Part shown: one piece after another, positions 13,109 to 24,387 of the stretch | Layout: each line of letters opens with the position of its first letter | Numbering within the stretch: position 1 is the stretch's first letter | Source: Paecilomyces variotii | Taxonomy: Eukaryota | Length of the DNA: 64,000 bases | Assembly (NCBI GenBank): GCA_004022145.1 | Contig: RCNU01000021.1 | Reading direction: 5' to 3' (one strand) | The notes under the pieces: model-generated | What the model was told of the DNA's origin: nothing | Databases searched by the model: none | Seen by the model: the letters and a program-made list of their open reading frames with translations, nothing else | Position numbers and translations under genes: made by a program

Positions 13109-13641
13109 AGTTCTGACCAGATGAGTCAACCGTTTTATAGTAGATAGTATCATAGGTCAGATTCGGTGATCGAGCGGCATTGGAATTCAGGATGAAGTTT
13201 CAGCAGATGACTGCTCGTGCTGTTGGTACAAATGATCTCGATCACAAAATATGGTTTTCAGATTGCACAGAAGTGCTCCTGTAGATGCCCGAGATAAGAA
13301 TGTATCGACAAAGATAACAGTAATTGGCAGTAAAAAAAAGCGGGTGTCAAAAAAGACACCTCTTGTTCTATCTGATGCACCGAACCTCTGAGACAATTAC
13401 GCACCGGACTAGTATGCATAATGTCTCTGGTATTGTATTGCTTGCAAAAGGGAGTCAAGAGATCAGTAAATCAAAAAATCCGTACAATGGTATATATGAG
13501 GCCGGCGACCGACCGGCTCACAGCAGGGGAACCTCGCAATGAGGACTATTAAAACCATTTCCGAACGCCAGCGCCGGTGCCCATCACATCTTGCCTTCAT
13601 GAAACAGAATATATCATAACCCCGATCAGTCCATCCATATT

Positions 13642-14985
13642 CTACAGGAAATACTCACTGCGGCCTGGTCGCGAGGAAGGAACGTGCCGTTGATCATCAC
13701 TGACAGCACTGAATAGCTTAAATGTAGGTTTGAGATCCTCGCGAATTTCACAAACAGAGGCCAGGTTACCGCACCGATAACAATAGTTGGGAGCACTCCA
13801 GACCGTCACAACGTCTTGATTAGCGAAATGATATTTGTAGCCCTCGTTAACCAGCTGGTGCGCACGAGCAATCAGCGTGAGGTCATTGACGTGACAGAAT
13901 TCTTCTGCCACTTTGTCACCAAAGAGCCAACCTGGATACCTTGTGAGTGAAGATCATACGGGGCGTCAAGATATTACACATACCAGCTCCTCTAGGGCTG
14001 ACCGCCCAGGTCTCAACGTCTTCGGGATCCGACCATACAAGATCGCAGAATGCACCTTCATGCGGGATCTCCTGCGCTCGAGCGACGACACGCACCTGGT
14101 CCAAGGTCCTGATTTCTGGACTCAAGCCTCCGTGTACACACAGGACCTTGCCATCAATAATGGCACCAAGTGTCATAAAGTCAAATACCTGACAACAGGC
14201 TTTCCATACAGAAGCATTGCCGTATTTTTGGAAACATTCCTCGTAGAAACCGTAAACCTGCGTAATCTGCCTCGACTCGTGGTTTCCTCGAACCAAGGTT
14301 ATCTTGTCTGGGTATCTATGGAGTATCAGCACCCGGCGGCCCTATGAGAACGGGCATAGATACTTACTTAGCCTTCAGACAAAGCAGCAACGTCAATGTC
14401 TCCAAACTGAAATATCCACGGTCGACGTAGTCTCCTAAGAAAACGAAGTTCCCCGTAGGTGCATGATCCCCAGATGTAGCGCTCGGTGATCGCTCCCTCT
14501 GCCCACTACCGTTCGACCCAGAATCATCATCGCCGTCATCACCAGGAGCATCCGCGTTCCTCAACCTCTTCCTGAGTTTCGGGTCAGTGATAGTGGATGG
14601 GGGTTCGATATCTTCCGATGAGATCACAGTAGGAGCAGTAGCTGGGGTCTCAACCGCCGGCTGGTTTGGCATGCCTCCAGCAACGCGAAAGAGTTCTAGC
14701 AAATCGTAGAATTGACCATGGATATCTCCACATATCGTAACCGGTGTAGAGACAGGTTGTATGTTTGACTCTAGATGAAGATAAAAGTCAGCGAGGTGAG
14801 CATCTACCCAAGTCTGGCTGCGGATAATCACCTTCCATCATGAATTCCTTCACCATCTCGCAGAGCTGCTTCATGTGGTGCTCTGACAAGTACTTGCAGT
14901 CCTTAGCGGCTTCTAGCCATTCATCTGGACCGGCATTTCGTTTCAGACGCGCAGGCCCGGGCTGCGGCACTGTTCTCTCGGCCAT
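13642..14985 (-). CDS. SIT4: PP2A-like Ser/Thr phosphatase catalytic subunit, SIT4/Ppe1/PP6 type; exons 14985-14832, 14770-14368, 14315-13984, 13931-13642
   Basis: GDIHG, GDYVDRG, RGNHE and [11 protein letters not shown] motifs. The N-terminus [17 protein letters not shown] and C-terminal YFL match Sit4. Confidence 0.9.
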
Positions 14986-15520
14986 TTCAGAGCTCTGAGC
15001 ACGTTACAAAGGAAGGGTGTGTCCAAGGCGTTCAGGACAGAAGATGATGTGGGATCACAGATCTCCTCGGGGTAGAAGGGATCCAGTCGGGTGAACTTTC
15101 GAAAGAAAGTCCACAGGTTCTCACGGAAGATCCCTCAATGGGAAAACAACTGTCAAGGGTGATCCTGGGGAAGTTCGAAGCGTGTCCAATTGCCCCCCGC
15201 AGGTTGTTGGAGGAGCGGGAGTGGGAGCGTGCTTGGCGTCCTTCGACGCCCGTACTCTCCGTACGGTTGTATCCAACATCACCGAGCAACTCTCCGCAAA
15301 GACTGAAATACTGGATTGCAAGCGGGATTTTCTTCTCTCTATAGAGCTTTTTCTGTCCTCTGATAGTCGGGTTAACCCCGCTTGAGCATGCGGAGACCAG
15401 TTCTCTTCGCACTTATCCAACCCCTCGTCCCCAGTGATCTACGCATAATAAGTACCTAGGTAGCTTATCGATAGTCTCCTAGTGCCAAACGCTGTTGCAA
15501 CTCGCAAACCGCATCTCAGA

Positions 15521-17304
15521 ATGACCCAAGTGTCCATTTCAAAGCCCACTGGAGGCGTGCTTCCTATCTCTGCTTCCGCGACCCAGAAAAATGCATCTAC
15601 TCCATCGAAAAGTTCGGCAAAACCACCTACTCCGAGGCTCAAGCTGCTTGTGAGACGACTCCCTCCTGGTTTAACACAAGTGGAATTTCAGAGTGCTCTG
15701 GGGGAGGAATGGAAACTCGGCGCAGGGAAAGTAGATTGGTTTCAGTATAAAGAGGGCAAGGTTTCGAAAGAGTATGTGGTGTTACCTATCTCATCTCTCA
15801 TCATGCTAACATGCTACGATTTCTCAGTCCTGCAAAGCCATCCCGGCCATCGCGTGCCTATCTTCGTGTTGCTTCAGAACAATATATTGGTCCCCTAGCA
15901 GAGAAAGTCGGTCGAACCTCGTTCTTGGATTCCCGTAATACGGCAGGCGATCCTGTTCTCTTGGGCCCGCCGTCTCTGGAGTTTGCGCCCTTCGCCCGTG
16001 TACCGGGCAGTCGTGTACGCAAGGATGCACGGCAAGGGACTATCGATCAGGATCCGGAATTCATTGACTTCTTAGAGAGTCTCACAAATCCAATCACAAA
16101 ACCTGCACCCGTCGAGGCAACAGCGGATGGGGAGAAGGCTGAGGCTGTGACAACGACCCCCTTAGTGCAGTATATTAAGGAAAAGAAGGCCAACAAGACC
16201 AAGGAGAGCGCATCATCTGCTAAGGGCACGAAGCACGGAAGATCAGAGAAGGATAGCAAGCCGGAGAAGGTGCAAGCAAAGAAACTGCTACAGAGACCTG
16301 ACAAGGATGCTCCCCCAACGACGTCCACGACGGACAAGAAGGCTAAGAGCGAGAAGGCCACCAAAGAAGCCATAAAGGTCGCAAACAAGCAAGCTGCAAA
16401 TGTAGCCGCTAAAGCATCGGCGAAAACACCACCGGCTACAACTTCCAAAGAGACTCCTGCACAGACGTCTGCACCTGAGCGGAAGAGAGAACGAGGGAAC
16501 ATCAGTGCAGCCGCCAGAATTGTCCAGCGCGATCTCGGACTGGCTCCTCCCGGTAATCGTCGCAGAGGGGGCAAGTCGACTACTACGTCTACCGACACCG
16601 ACGCCTCCAAGACAGGAGGAAGCTCTCAGGAACCTGTCTCCTCTCCTGCCGCTGGGAAGCAGCCGGCAGCAGCCAGGTCATCTAAAGAGGCCAAGGAGAC
16701 TGCAGCAACGCAGAAAAGTGCAACTGAAAAAGCCAGCGGTGCAACACCGTCTCAATCGACAGTAGCTTCCTCGACTGTCCGTCCAGCGTCTTCCGCTGGT
16801 AAGTCTTCGAAATCTGTGAAATCGAAACAGCCAGCTCCGACTGGGTCAACTCAGGCGTTCCTGAAACACGCCAATCCCTCACAAGGCGTAACAGAGCCTC
16901 TCCTGGAGGCAGCTTTCGCGTCGTTTGGACGTATCACAAAGGTTGAAATTGACAAGAAGAAAGGATTCGGGTACATCGACTTCGCTGAGCCGGAAGGTCT
17001 CCAGAAGGCCATCGCAGCCAGCCCTGTCTCAGTCGCCCAGGGCCAAGTAGTCGTCCTCGAGCGGAAGTCGAGTCCTTCGACTGAGAAGTCGCGCGGTAAA
17101 GGGCGCAATGAGCAACAGTCGCCATCCAGCCGTGGGAAGTCTGGAAGCGGTGGTGGACGTGGACCGGGTGGAGGAGAGAGCAGTCAATCTACACCTCGAG
17201 GATCAAGGGGTAGCAGAGGAGGGTCAAAGAATAAGAACAGCAACAACAACAAAGGTGGTGGTACTGGAAGCACGGCCAACGCGGCCACGGCTGAGTCTAA
17301 ATGA
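15521..17304 (+). CDS. UPF3: Nonsense-mediated decay factor Upf3; exons 15521-15771, 15828-17304
   Basis: KLLVRRLPPGLT, SRAYL, LEFAPF and GTIDQDPEFIDFLESL are Smg4/Upf3 domain motifs; intron gtatgt..ctaac..cag. Confidence 0.88.
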
Positions 17305-18642
17305 GTCGCTGCCAGTGCTCTTCTAGAGTTATCCTTCCATAGTTAAAGTCCTGTTAGAATGATACCCATCCGATACTCTTTATCCTACTGTATATTATGT
17401 CTCATGGCTACTACCGAATAAATCTTCCGCAATGCTGTCTAGCCACTGTACTAATCAGCGTCATTACCATTACCAGACTGTGTCGAAGATAATCGCTATC
17501 TGGATATCAAGTGCCTCGTAACGGTAGCAACGTTACCCCGATAATAGATTCAGACTCGCGAACAGAATGTGGCTCGGTTCTGCAGAATCGTTGACATGGT
17601 TGCTCAGCACGCTGGCAAGGTAGCCACTGTACCAGTCTTGGTCATCTGCAGTTCTCCGGGGAATTTCATTACAAGGTTTTATGGTTACTGTTACTCGTGC
17701 AGAGAATCGCTAAAGATATTCTTCAGAAAATATTCCATTTCTGATCTATTCATGGACAAGCAAAACTTATATTCCACTTCCTATCCCAAACTAACACCGT
17801 GCATCAAAGTGTAGAGGGGAAAGGGGCCTTTCAGACCTCCTCGACACCCACCAAGTCCAACCGACCGAAGTCAAGACGTCGAGACAAGGTAAAGATCATC
17901 ACCACTCCCTGGACACAGATACCGAAGCACCGGAAACAAGCCCGCCTTGCGGCAGTTTGTAACACAGCACAGTTGGAACCGGTCGAGGCGGGAGTAAAAG
18001 GCTTCACTTTAGGGCATCGAGGACATAGAAGTCATCAGCAAGGGTGGAGATTCTGTAGCTCTTTTAGAGAATACAGTGAGAGGACGTCTACTGTAGAAAT
18101 GATTCTATGAACTGTTCGAAATAGTTAGCATCCACAGCCAAAAGTTGAGAGAATGGTCACTGTAGGGGAGGGGATCACATACGTAGAGTCGCTTAATTCT
18201 TCACAGAGAGTCGAGGGTGCGACGGCTACTTATATCTGTCAGTGGAGTCGTGTGACCGCGCTAAGCCTAAGCGAAGGTGTGGATGTTTGACAGGTTTGCG
18301 TAAATCAAAAACATTTTCATTGGTCAACATCTCTTCGCTCGAGCTCTCCACTATCAATTCGGTATGGCCGGTGAAGAAAAGTTTTTTTGAAGCGAGGAAG
18401 TGGATTCTCTTATGCTATCATAATCGATGCCCTGAGCAATCGTCGAATACGCTTCTCAGCTTCTAGACGGAGGGGCGATAATGATGATAGAATCCAGGCG
18501 AACCGTCCCCTAGTGCTGCTGTTGTTCGCCTCTGAGACATCGCTTTTACTGTACTATGGTAGACCGTAGTACTGAGTAGAATTTCTTCGCTCGTTACTGG
18601 AGCACAGCACTACTCTACTCCACCGAGTCCTATTCGAAGGTT

Positions 18643-18896
18643 TTGGATAATAGTATTCCAGTCATGTCATGGCCACCATGCATGTCTGGGCAAAGCTCAA
18701 AGAACACATATATAGGCTCAATCCGAATACTGATCATATTATTGGCTCCAGAGAAGAGTTAAAAAATGCGTTTGATGAGCTCATTCAGCAAGCGTGGTGC
18801 AGTCTAGGTCAAGAAGACTTCAATGGGTTGATCAAGTCCATGGAATCGACTATAAAAGTAGTATTGCTGGCAAAGGGGTGGTATACTAAGTACTAT
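18643..18896 (+). mobile_element. Degenerate Tc1/mariner (DD34E) transposase C-terminal remnant
   Basis: LDNSIPVMSWPP, then after a frameshift HVWAKLKEHIY..LIQQAW..LIKSM..VLLAKGWYTKY, the typical C-terminus of a Tc1 transposase. Confidence 0.8.
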
Positions 18897-20279
18897 AGAC
18901 TATTTCCAGTTATGTGATTGAAGAGACGTTGTCTTAACATACCATAATAAAATTCTAGGGTCCTAGGTCCTCTAGGTTCTGAATAGTATTCGATTTAAAA
19001 CCACGTATATATATTTTTCAACAGGTGCGGGAGGCGGAATATCAAGAACATTTGACTACTGGAAAAGGAAATATGCAGCAACCTACGTTCCGTTCCTGGG
19101 CTCCCAATCTCGGCCATAGTCGGAAAGTGGTACGATATACAACTAGCAAAAAGCCTATACTATTTTGTGGAAGATTCTATTCACTTTGTACCTGTGGTCT
19201 CTTGAAAACAGAGCCAGTAGTGACGAAAGTTCTATAGATACTTCAGCCAAGAGACTACTAGACTTTGAGTATTGTGCATTGATAAACATAGATCTAGTCA
19301 GTTTATTCGTGGATCATGGCACAATCAACTCTTGATGTACCTTCTGTTGATTTTATTGTTAGCAATTACAATTTCCCCAATGACAGGAAGACTTACATAC
19401 ATAGGATCAGGAGGACTACCCGTGCTGGTAGAAGTTGTATCGCAATCTCTGTCCCTACGCAATATGATGCTAAACCGAGGATTCGAATAGAGTAGGTCTT
19501 AGGGCATAAATTGGATAATCTGAAGACAAGCAAAGATGAAGCAAGGGTGTTTGCTGAATAAGTATACGAGTCCCAAAGGATAACAGTGAACGAACTGAAG
19601 AATCCCCTGGACAAGTGGCGGGGTTCAGGGTCTAATTCACCGCGCAATAGAATGGAAAGAGAAGCAGGGACGAGATGGATCAGAATGAAGTTAGGGATAT
19701 ATGAAAGCATTTTTCAGTATTTGAACGAATGACTATTATCCTTAAGGACGCACAAAACTCAAAACTTGTGCAAGATCTCAACACTCCACCTTCTGCTGTA
19801 TCCCCTTGAACCTCCCCTGGGCCATCTTAACTCCGCACCGCGTTCCAATAAACAACTTGTATCATTCAATTCACCGCATGTACACGGAGCACATAGATAG
19901 TACTGAGTATTCTATTCCTGCGGTGTAATCCAGTCACGGGTTGTTCGGGTTTACTTCATCTCATCCCCAATATATAAATAGTAATTAGCAACGTTAAAAT
20001 CTCTATGTGGGAGATAACATCGCTCGTGGTACACTGCGCCTCTCACGGTGCCGAGATGCGGGCTTATTATCTAAGATTTAGAATATTGCCTTCTTCTCCG
20101 CGAAAATAAACAAGTGCTACGACCTATGTAGTTTATCAAATGTGGGAAAAGGAGATTTCCATGGGGATATATAAATGATCCTTGGCCCACCCTGATTCTG
20201 CTGTCAAGAAAGAACTTGTAGCACTAGAAATCCCATATACCACTTCTGTAAATAGAGAAACCATCCACGCAAATAGACC

Positions 20280-20714
20280 AAGTCCAGAACGCAGTGATTT
20301 AACTAGCCGCAGCTTGGGCCAGGTCGACTTTGTTCCCAACCGGCCTCCACGCTTCGAGATGGCTACCTACTTATCCGTATCGTTGCAGTGGCCTTGAATC
20401 CAATTAATTGGAAACGTCTGGAGAATACGGCAGCCCCAGGGGCGACTATAAATCACGACTACATTGGTGTCGTCGCTGCAGTTGGTGCATCCATAGTTCG
20501 AGTTAGAAATCGTGTCTGTGGCCTGGTCAACGGTGGTGGCAGCACACCGATGGAGAATGGCCCCTTTTCAGAATACATAGTCGTCAAAGGGAATATCCAC
20601 ATGAAAATCCCAGAGGGCGTGAGATTTGTTAACGCAGCAACTGCAGGATTCGGCATAACGACCGTCGGCCAATGCCTCTATGGTCTATCTGGATTAGGGC
20701 TGACTGTCAGCTGA
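20280..20714 (+). pseudogene. Truncated, frameshifted zinc-binding-dehydrogenase-family enoyl reductase (TOXD/LovC-like)
   Basis: TLRDGYLLIRIVAVALNPINWK..HDYIGVV..RVCGLVNGG..GPFSEYIVVKG..KIPEG..AATAGFGITTVGQCLY. The 5' part is split over different frames, and it stops at 20714 before the NADPH-binding domain. Confidence 0.75.
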
Positions 20715-20911
20715 GATCGTAAGTTAAGGCGCTTATTGCCGAACTCTACGATGGCTGCGGGCTGTTGGCTTAATTATTACTTACAGCAAAACAAAAGCTA
20801 TAAGACTTATTCATATACCGTTAAGAATATCGGGACAGGTTCCCATTTCATAGCAATTAACGATTTTGAATATTAGGCTAGGTATAAAAAAAAAGACAAA
20901 AAAGGAAGAAT

Positions 20912-21030
20912 ACATACAACAGCAGGGATTCGCTGGTGGTCACCCACCCAACTACTAACCTGCCGGCGTGTGGCTTAAGTACGGCTGAGCGGACGGGAAG
21001 CCCTGTTTTCCACACCCTATGGTCGTATGT
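20912..21030 (-). rRNA. 5S ribosomal RNA (dispersed copy)
   Basis: Minus strand reads ACATACGACCATAGGGTGTGGAAAACAGGGCTTCCCGTCCGCTCAGCCGTACTTAAG..GTTGTATGT. The termini pair (ACATAC/GTATGT), there is an upstream TATA-like tract at ~21049-21059, and T-runs follow at 20886-20903. Confidence 0.95.
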
Positions 21031-21944
21031 GCTTGATTGGAACTGGACTATAATTATAAGCTCGAAACAAGTGGCTTGTTACTACTCCTTGAATAATAGC
21101 CAAGGGACACGATAGAATAAGCAGTCCCTTCTACACGAGTGACTCTTACGATTTAAGTTTGTAATTTCCAAGTCTATCGTCGGTCTAAATGACGCTTACC
21201 TATGCTACTAGTCAGCCCAAATCGTGATAGGTATGGACCTGTAGGTATACTACTGAAATTAGTCTAGTCCATACATAAGTACAATATCGCGGGGAACCGG
21301 GCTTGGAGGGGGAGGGGAGCAAATTGAGGGGGAAATCCGATGGCGGAACGGTTGATTCGCCCGTCGATAGCGGGGGTCGGTCGAATTCTCTCCGAGGACG
21401 CGGAGAGAAATTAAAGTAGAGCAGTTCGTTAGTTACAGTAGCAGGCCTAGACTCCCTAGAGTGCTTGCTAGCAACTATATTTTGACGTATTATTGGGATA
21501 TTGCTCCGCATTTTCATTCATCCTACCGGATCCGCATATGATGTTGAGTAGTCAAGAAACAGTCCCTAAAGCATAACCAGGAGGGAGCTACTAGTAACTA
21601 TGACTATGACGCAGGGTCATCACCTGCTCCAGTTGGTCTTTTGAACCGGGCATGCAGATGAGCCCAGAGGAGCTGGAAATAGGCGTTCCAGAGTCGTGGC
21701 ATTGTTGCTTCGGCCGAGATGGTCATCTACGGAGTGTTTATGTGTGATATTATCGGTTCTTCTGGAGGAAATAAATGAAGTTGTTACATAGAATTTCATT
21801 TCACGCTAGTTTCATGGCTCGTATACTGGACAGGCCTGCTGTTCTTTTGCCGAACAACATGGTATATATATATAGCGAGAGAGTCAGAAAACGACTCACA
21901 ATCCCGGCAAACAGACAGAACAATTACGTATTTTGATGCTGCAT

Positions 21945-23565
21945 TTATCCGAAAATAGCATCGGCAAGACGGATGCGGACAGTCTTGATCTGGGTGTAGT
22001 TCTCCAGGGCATACGAGCCCAGCTCGCGGCCCAGGCCAGACTCCTTGTAACCACCGAAGGGAACCTGGTGGTGGAGCATGTTGTAGTTGTTGACCCAGAC
22101 GGTTCTATCAGCAGTTAGCGGGCTGTAGCACAATAAAATCAACCAGAAGATGTAACTTACCCAGCACGGAGCTCGTTGGAAACACGGATGGCAGTGTTGA
22201 TGTTGCTGGTGTGGATGGCGGCCGCGAGACCGTAGTTAGTGTCGTTACCAATCTTGATGGCTTCTTCCTCGGTCTTGAACTTCTGGATAGCAACGACGGG
22301 GCCGAAGATCTCCTCCTGAACGATCTTCATGTCCTGGGTGACATCGATAAAGGCGGTAGGCTGGATGTAGTAGCCCTCGTTGCCGTGGCGCTCACCGCCG
22401 ACGAGAACCTTGGCACCAGCCTTCTTGCCCTCATCAATGTAGCCCATGATACGGTCGAACTGGAGCTTGGACACCTGGGGACCCTGGAAGGTGTCCTTGT
22501 CGAACGGGTTGCCGACCTTGTTGGCGGATGCGCGCTCCTTGAAGCGCTGGACGAACTGGTCGTAGATGCCCTCCTGGACGAGGAGGCGGGAACCGGCACA
22601 GCAGCACTGGCCGTGGTTGAAGAAGATACCGAAGTTGGCCCAAGAAATGGCGTTATCAATATCGGCGTCGTTGAAGACGATGTTGGGAGACTTGCCTCCC
22701 AGCTCCAGAGTGACCTTCTTCAGGTTACTCTTAGCTGCGGCCTGGAGGATGGTACGGCCAACGGCGGTCGAACCAGTGAAGGCGATCTTGTCGATGCCCA
22801 TATGGGCAGAGATGGCAGAACCCGCAATGCGACCAAAGCCAGAGATGACGTTAACAACACCAGGGGGGAATCCAGCCTCCTGGACGAGCTTGGCAGCGTA
22901 GAGTCCGGATAGAGGAGTCTGCTCAGCAGTCTTGATCACAACCGTGTTTCCAGCTGCGATAGCAGGGCCGATCTTCCAAGCCCACATCATCAGGGGGAAG
23001 TTCCAAGGGATAATCTGACCACAGACACCAATGGCCTCGTGCTTGGTGTAGGTCAAGTTCTCAGGGTCTGTGTCAATCGTCTGACCCACGATCTTGTCTG
23101 CCCATCCACCGTAGTACCGAATGCATGCTGCGGAGTTGGCGACGTCGAGCTTTGCGAAGAAGAGAGACTTGCCGTTGTCCAGCGACTCGATAGCTGCGAG
23201 GATATCCGCATCGCGTTCGATCAGGTCGGCCAGCTTGGTCAGTAGGCGACCACGGTCCGTAGGGGTGGTCTGCTTCCATGTGGTCTCGAAGGCCTTGCGA
23301 GCAGCGGCGACAGCAATATCGACATCCTTCTCGGTAGCCTCGTGGACGGAGATGATGGGCTTCTCGTCGTGGGGGTTGATGGTCTCAAAGGTCTTGTTCT
23401 CGACGCCCTTGACGAACTCGCCATTGATGAACCTGTGAGGGTCAGTACCGTCCCATATTGGGCCCCGAGAGCAGGGGATTCCGTGGCAGAAAACACGTAC
23501 AGTCCAGTGGGCTGCTCATACTTGAGCGTGGGGGTGGTGATGGTGGAGAAGAGAGTGGAAGACAT
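21945..23565 (-). CDS. aldA: NAD-dependent aldehyde dehydrogenase; exons 23565-23501, 23432-22161, 22104-21945
   Basis: [22 protein letters not shown], catalytic [15 protein letters not shown] and [10 protein letters not shown]-terminus [19 protein letters not shown] is aldA-like; strong codon bias. Confidence 0.92.
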
Positions 23566-24314
23566 GATGGGCAACTAAAGGATAAATGGGTATCTGGCTT
23601 AATTGGAGAACAGAGATCAGTGAGAGGAAGGTCTATCTGATGAGAGGAAGAGAAAATCGTCTGGGGAGAAGCGCAGGCAACTGGTATATATATACCATAC
23701 TCCAGGGACCCTGGGACCGTGGCTTCCCCCGCTCTCCCCCCTCCGTTGCTGGACGACAATGAGCTTCCTTGCTGCAGTGTCCAGTTCGCCATCCCAACCC
23801 CGCTATGGTGGAGCCGCCATGAAATCATTGACGATCCGTTGCTACAGTTAGATAGAGACTAAGAAAGATAAATTCTACTGCAACAATGTGATCCAAGTTC
23901 TTCATCGCCCAGACGGTGCGGGGTCATTTGGCGACCAATTGTGACGTGCCCGGTTCGCCATAGAAACCCACGCGGACCATAACCATAACCAACTTACTGA
24001 CTCTACAGCAGACAGACGCGGTGGAATCTCAAATATCAGTCAATGGACAGTACAACTACAGCAAGTTAACAACAACCCGTATCTAGCGTCAAATGGACAC
24101 CCTGCATGGCTGGGATGTGAGTCCCCCGCCGCCTTAGTCGACCGATCGACCAACACCACCATCGGCTGGAGGGAACGCTATCACATCTGGTCGGATTGCC
24201 GGAGAGTTGCAAGGTACCATACAACGGTTGGGAATCCAGGATGATTATTATTTGACAGGTGATGGTCGATGCGGAAGCCAGCTTCAAACAACGTTCATAT
24301 CCTCAACCCAAACT

Positions 24315-24387
24315 CCCCGCAACGACTCCGCCCCTTTTCTCGTGGAGTTTCTGCAATTCATCGTGGAGAAATCTGGGGTTGGCGGGG
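24315..24387. promoter_or_regulatory. Cluster of CreA/Mig1 consensus (SYGGRG) sites upstream of aldA
   Basis: Six matches in 73 bp: CCCCGC 24315, CTCCGC 24326, GTGGAG 24342, GTGGAG 24363, CTGGGG 24373, GCGGGG 24382. Confidence 0.55.

Noticed and set aside
19272..19710. Short hydrophobic ORFs in the turnover island
   Set aside because: Could be another relic, but I cannot match them to any family.
22211..22912. 233-aa antisense ORF opposite aldA
   Set aside because: Mirror of a highly biased coding frame, with no independent gene signals.
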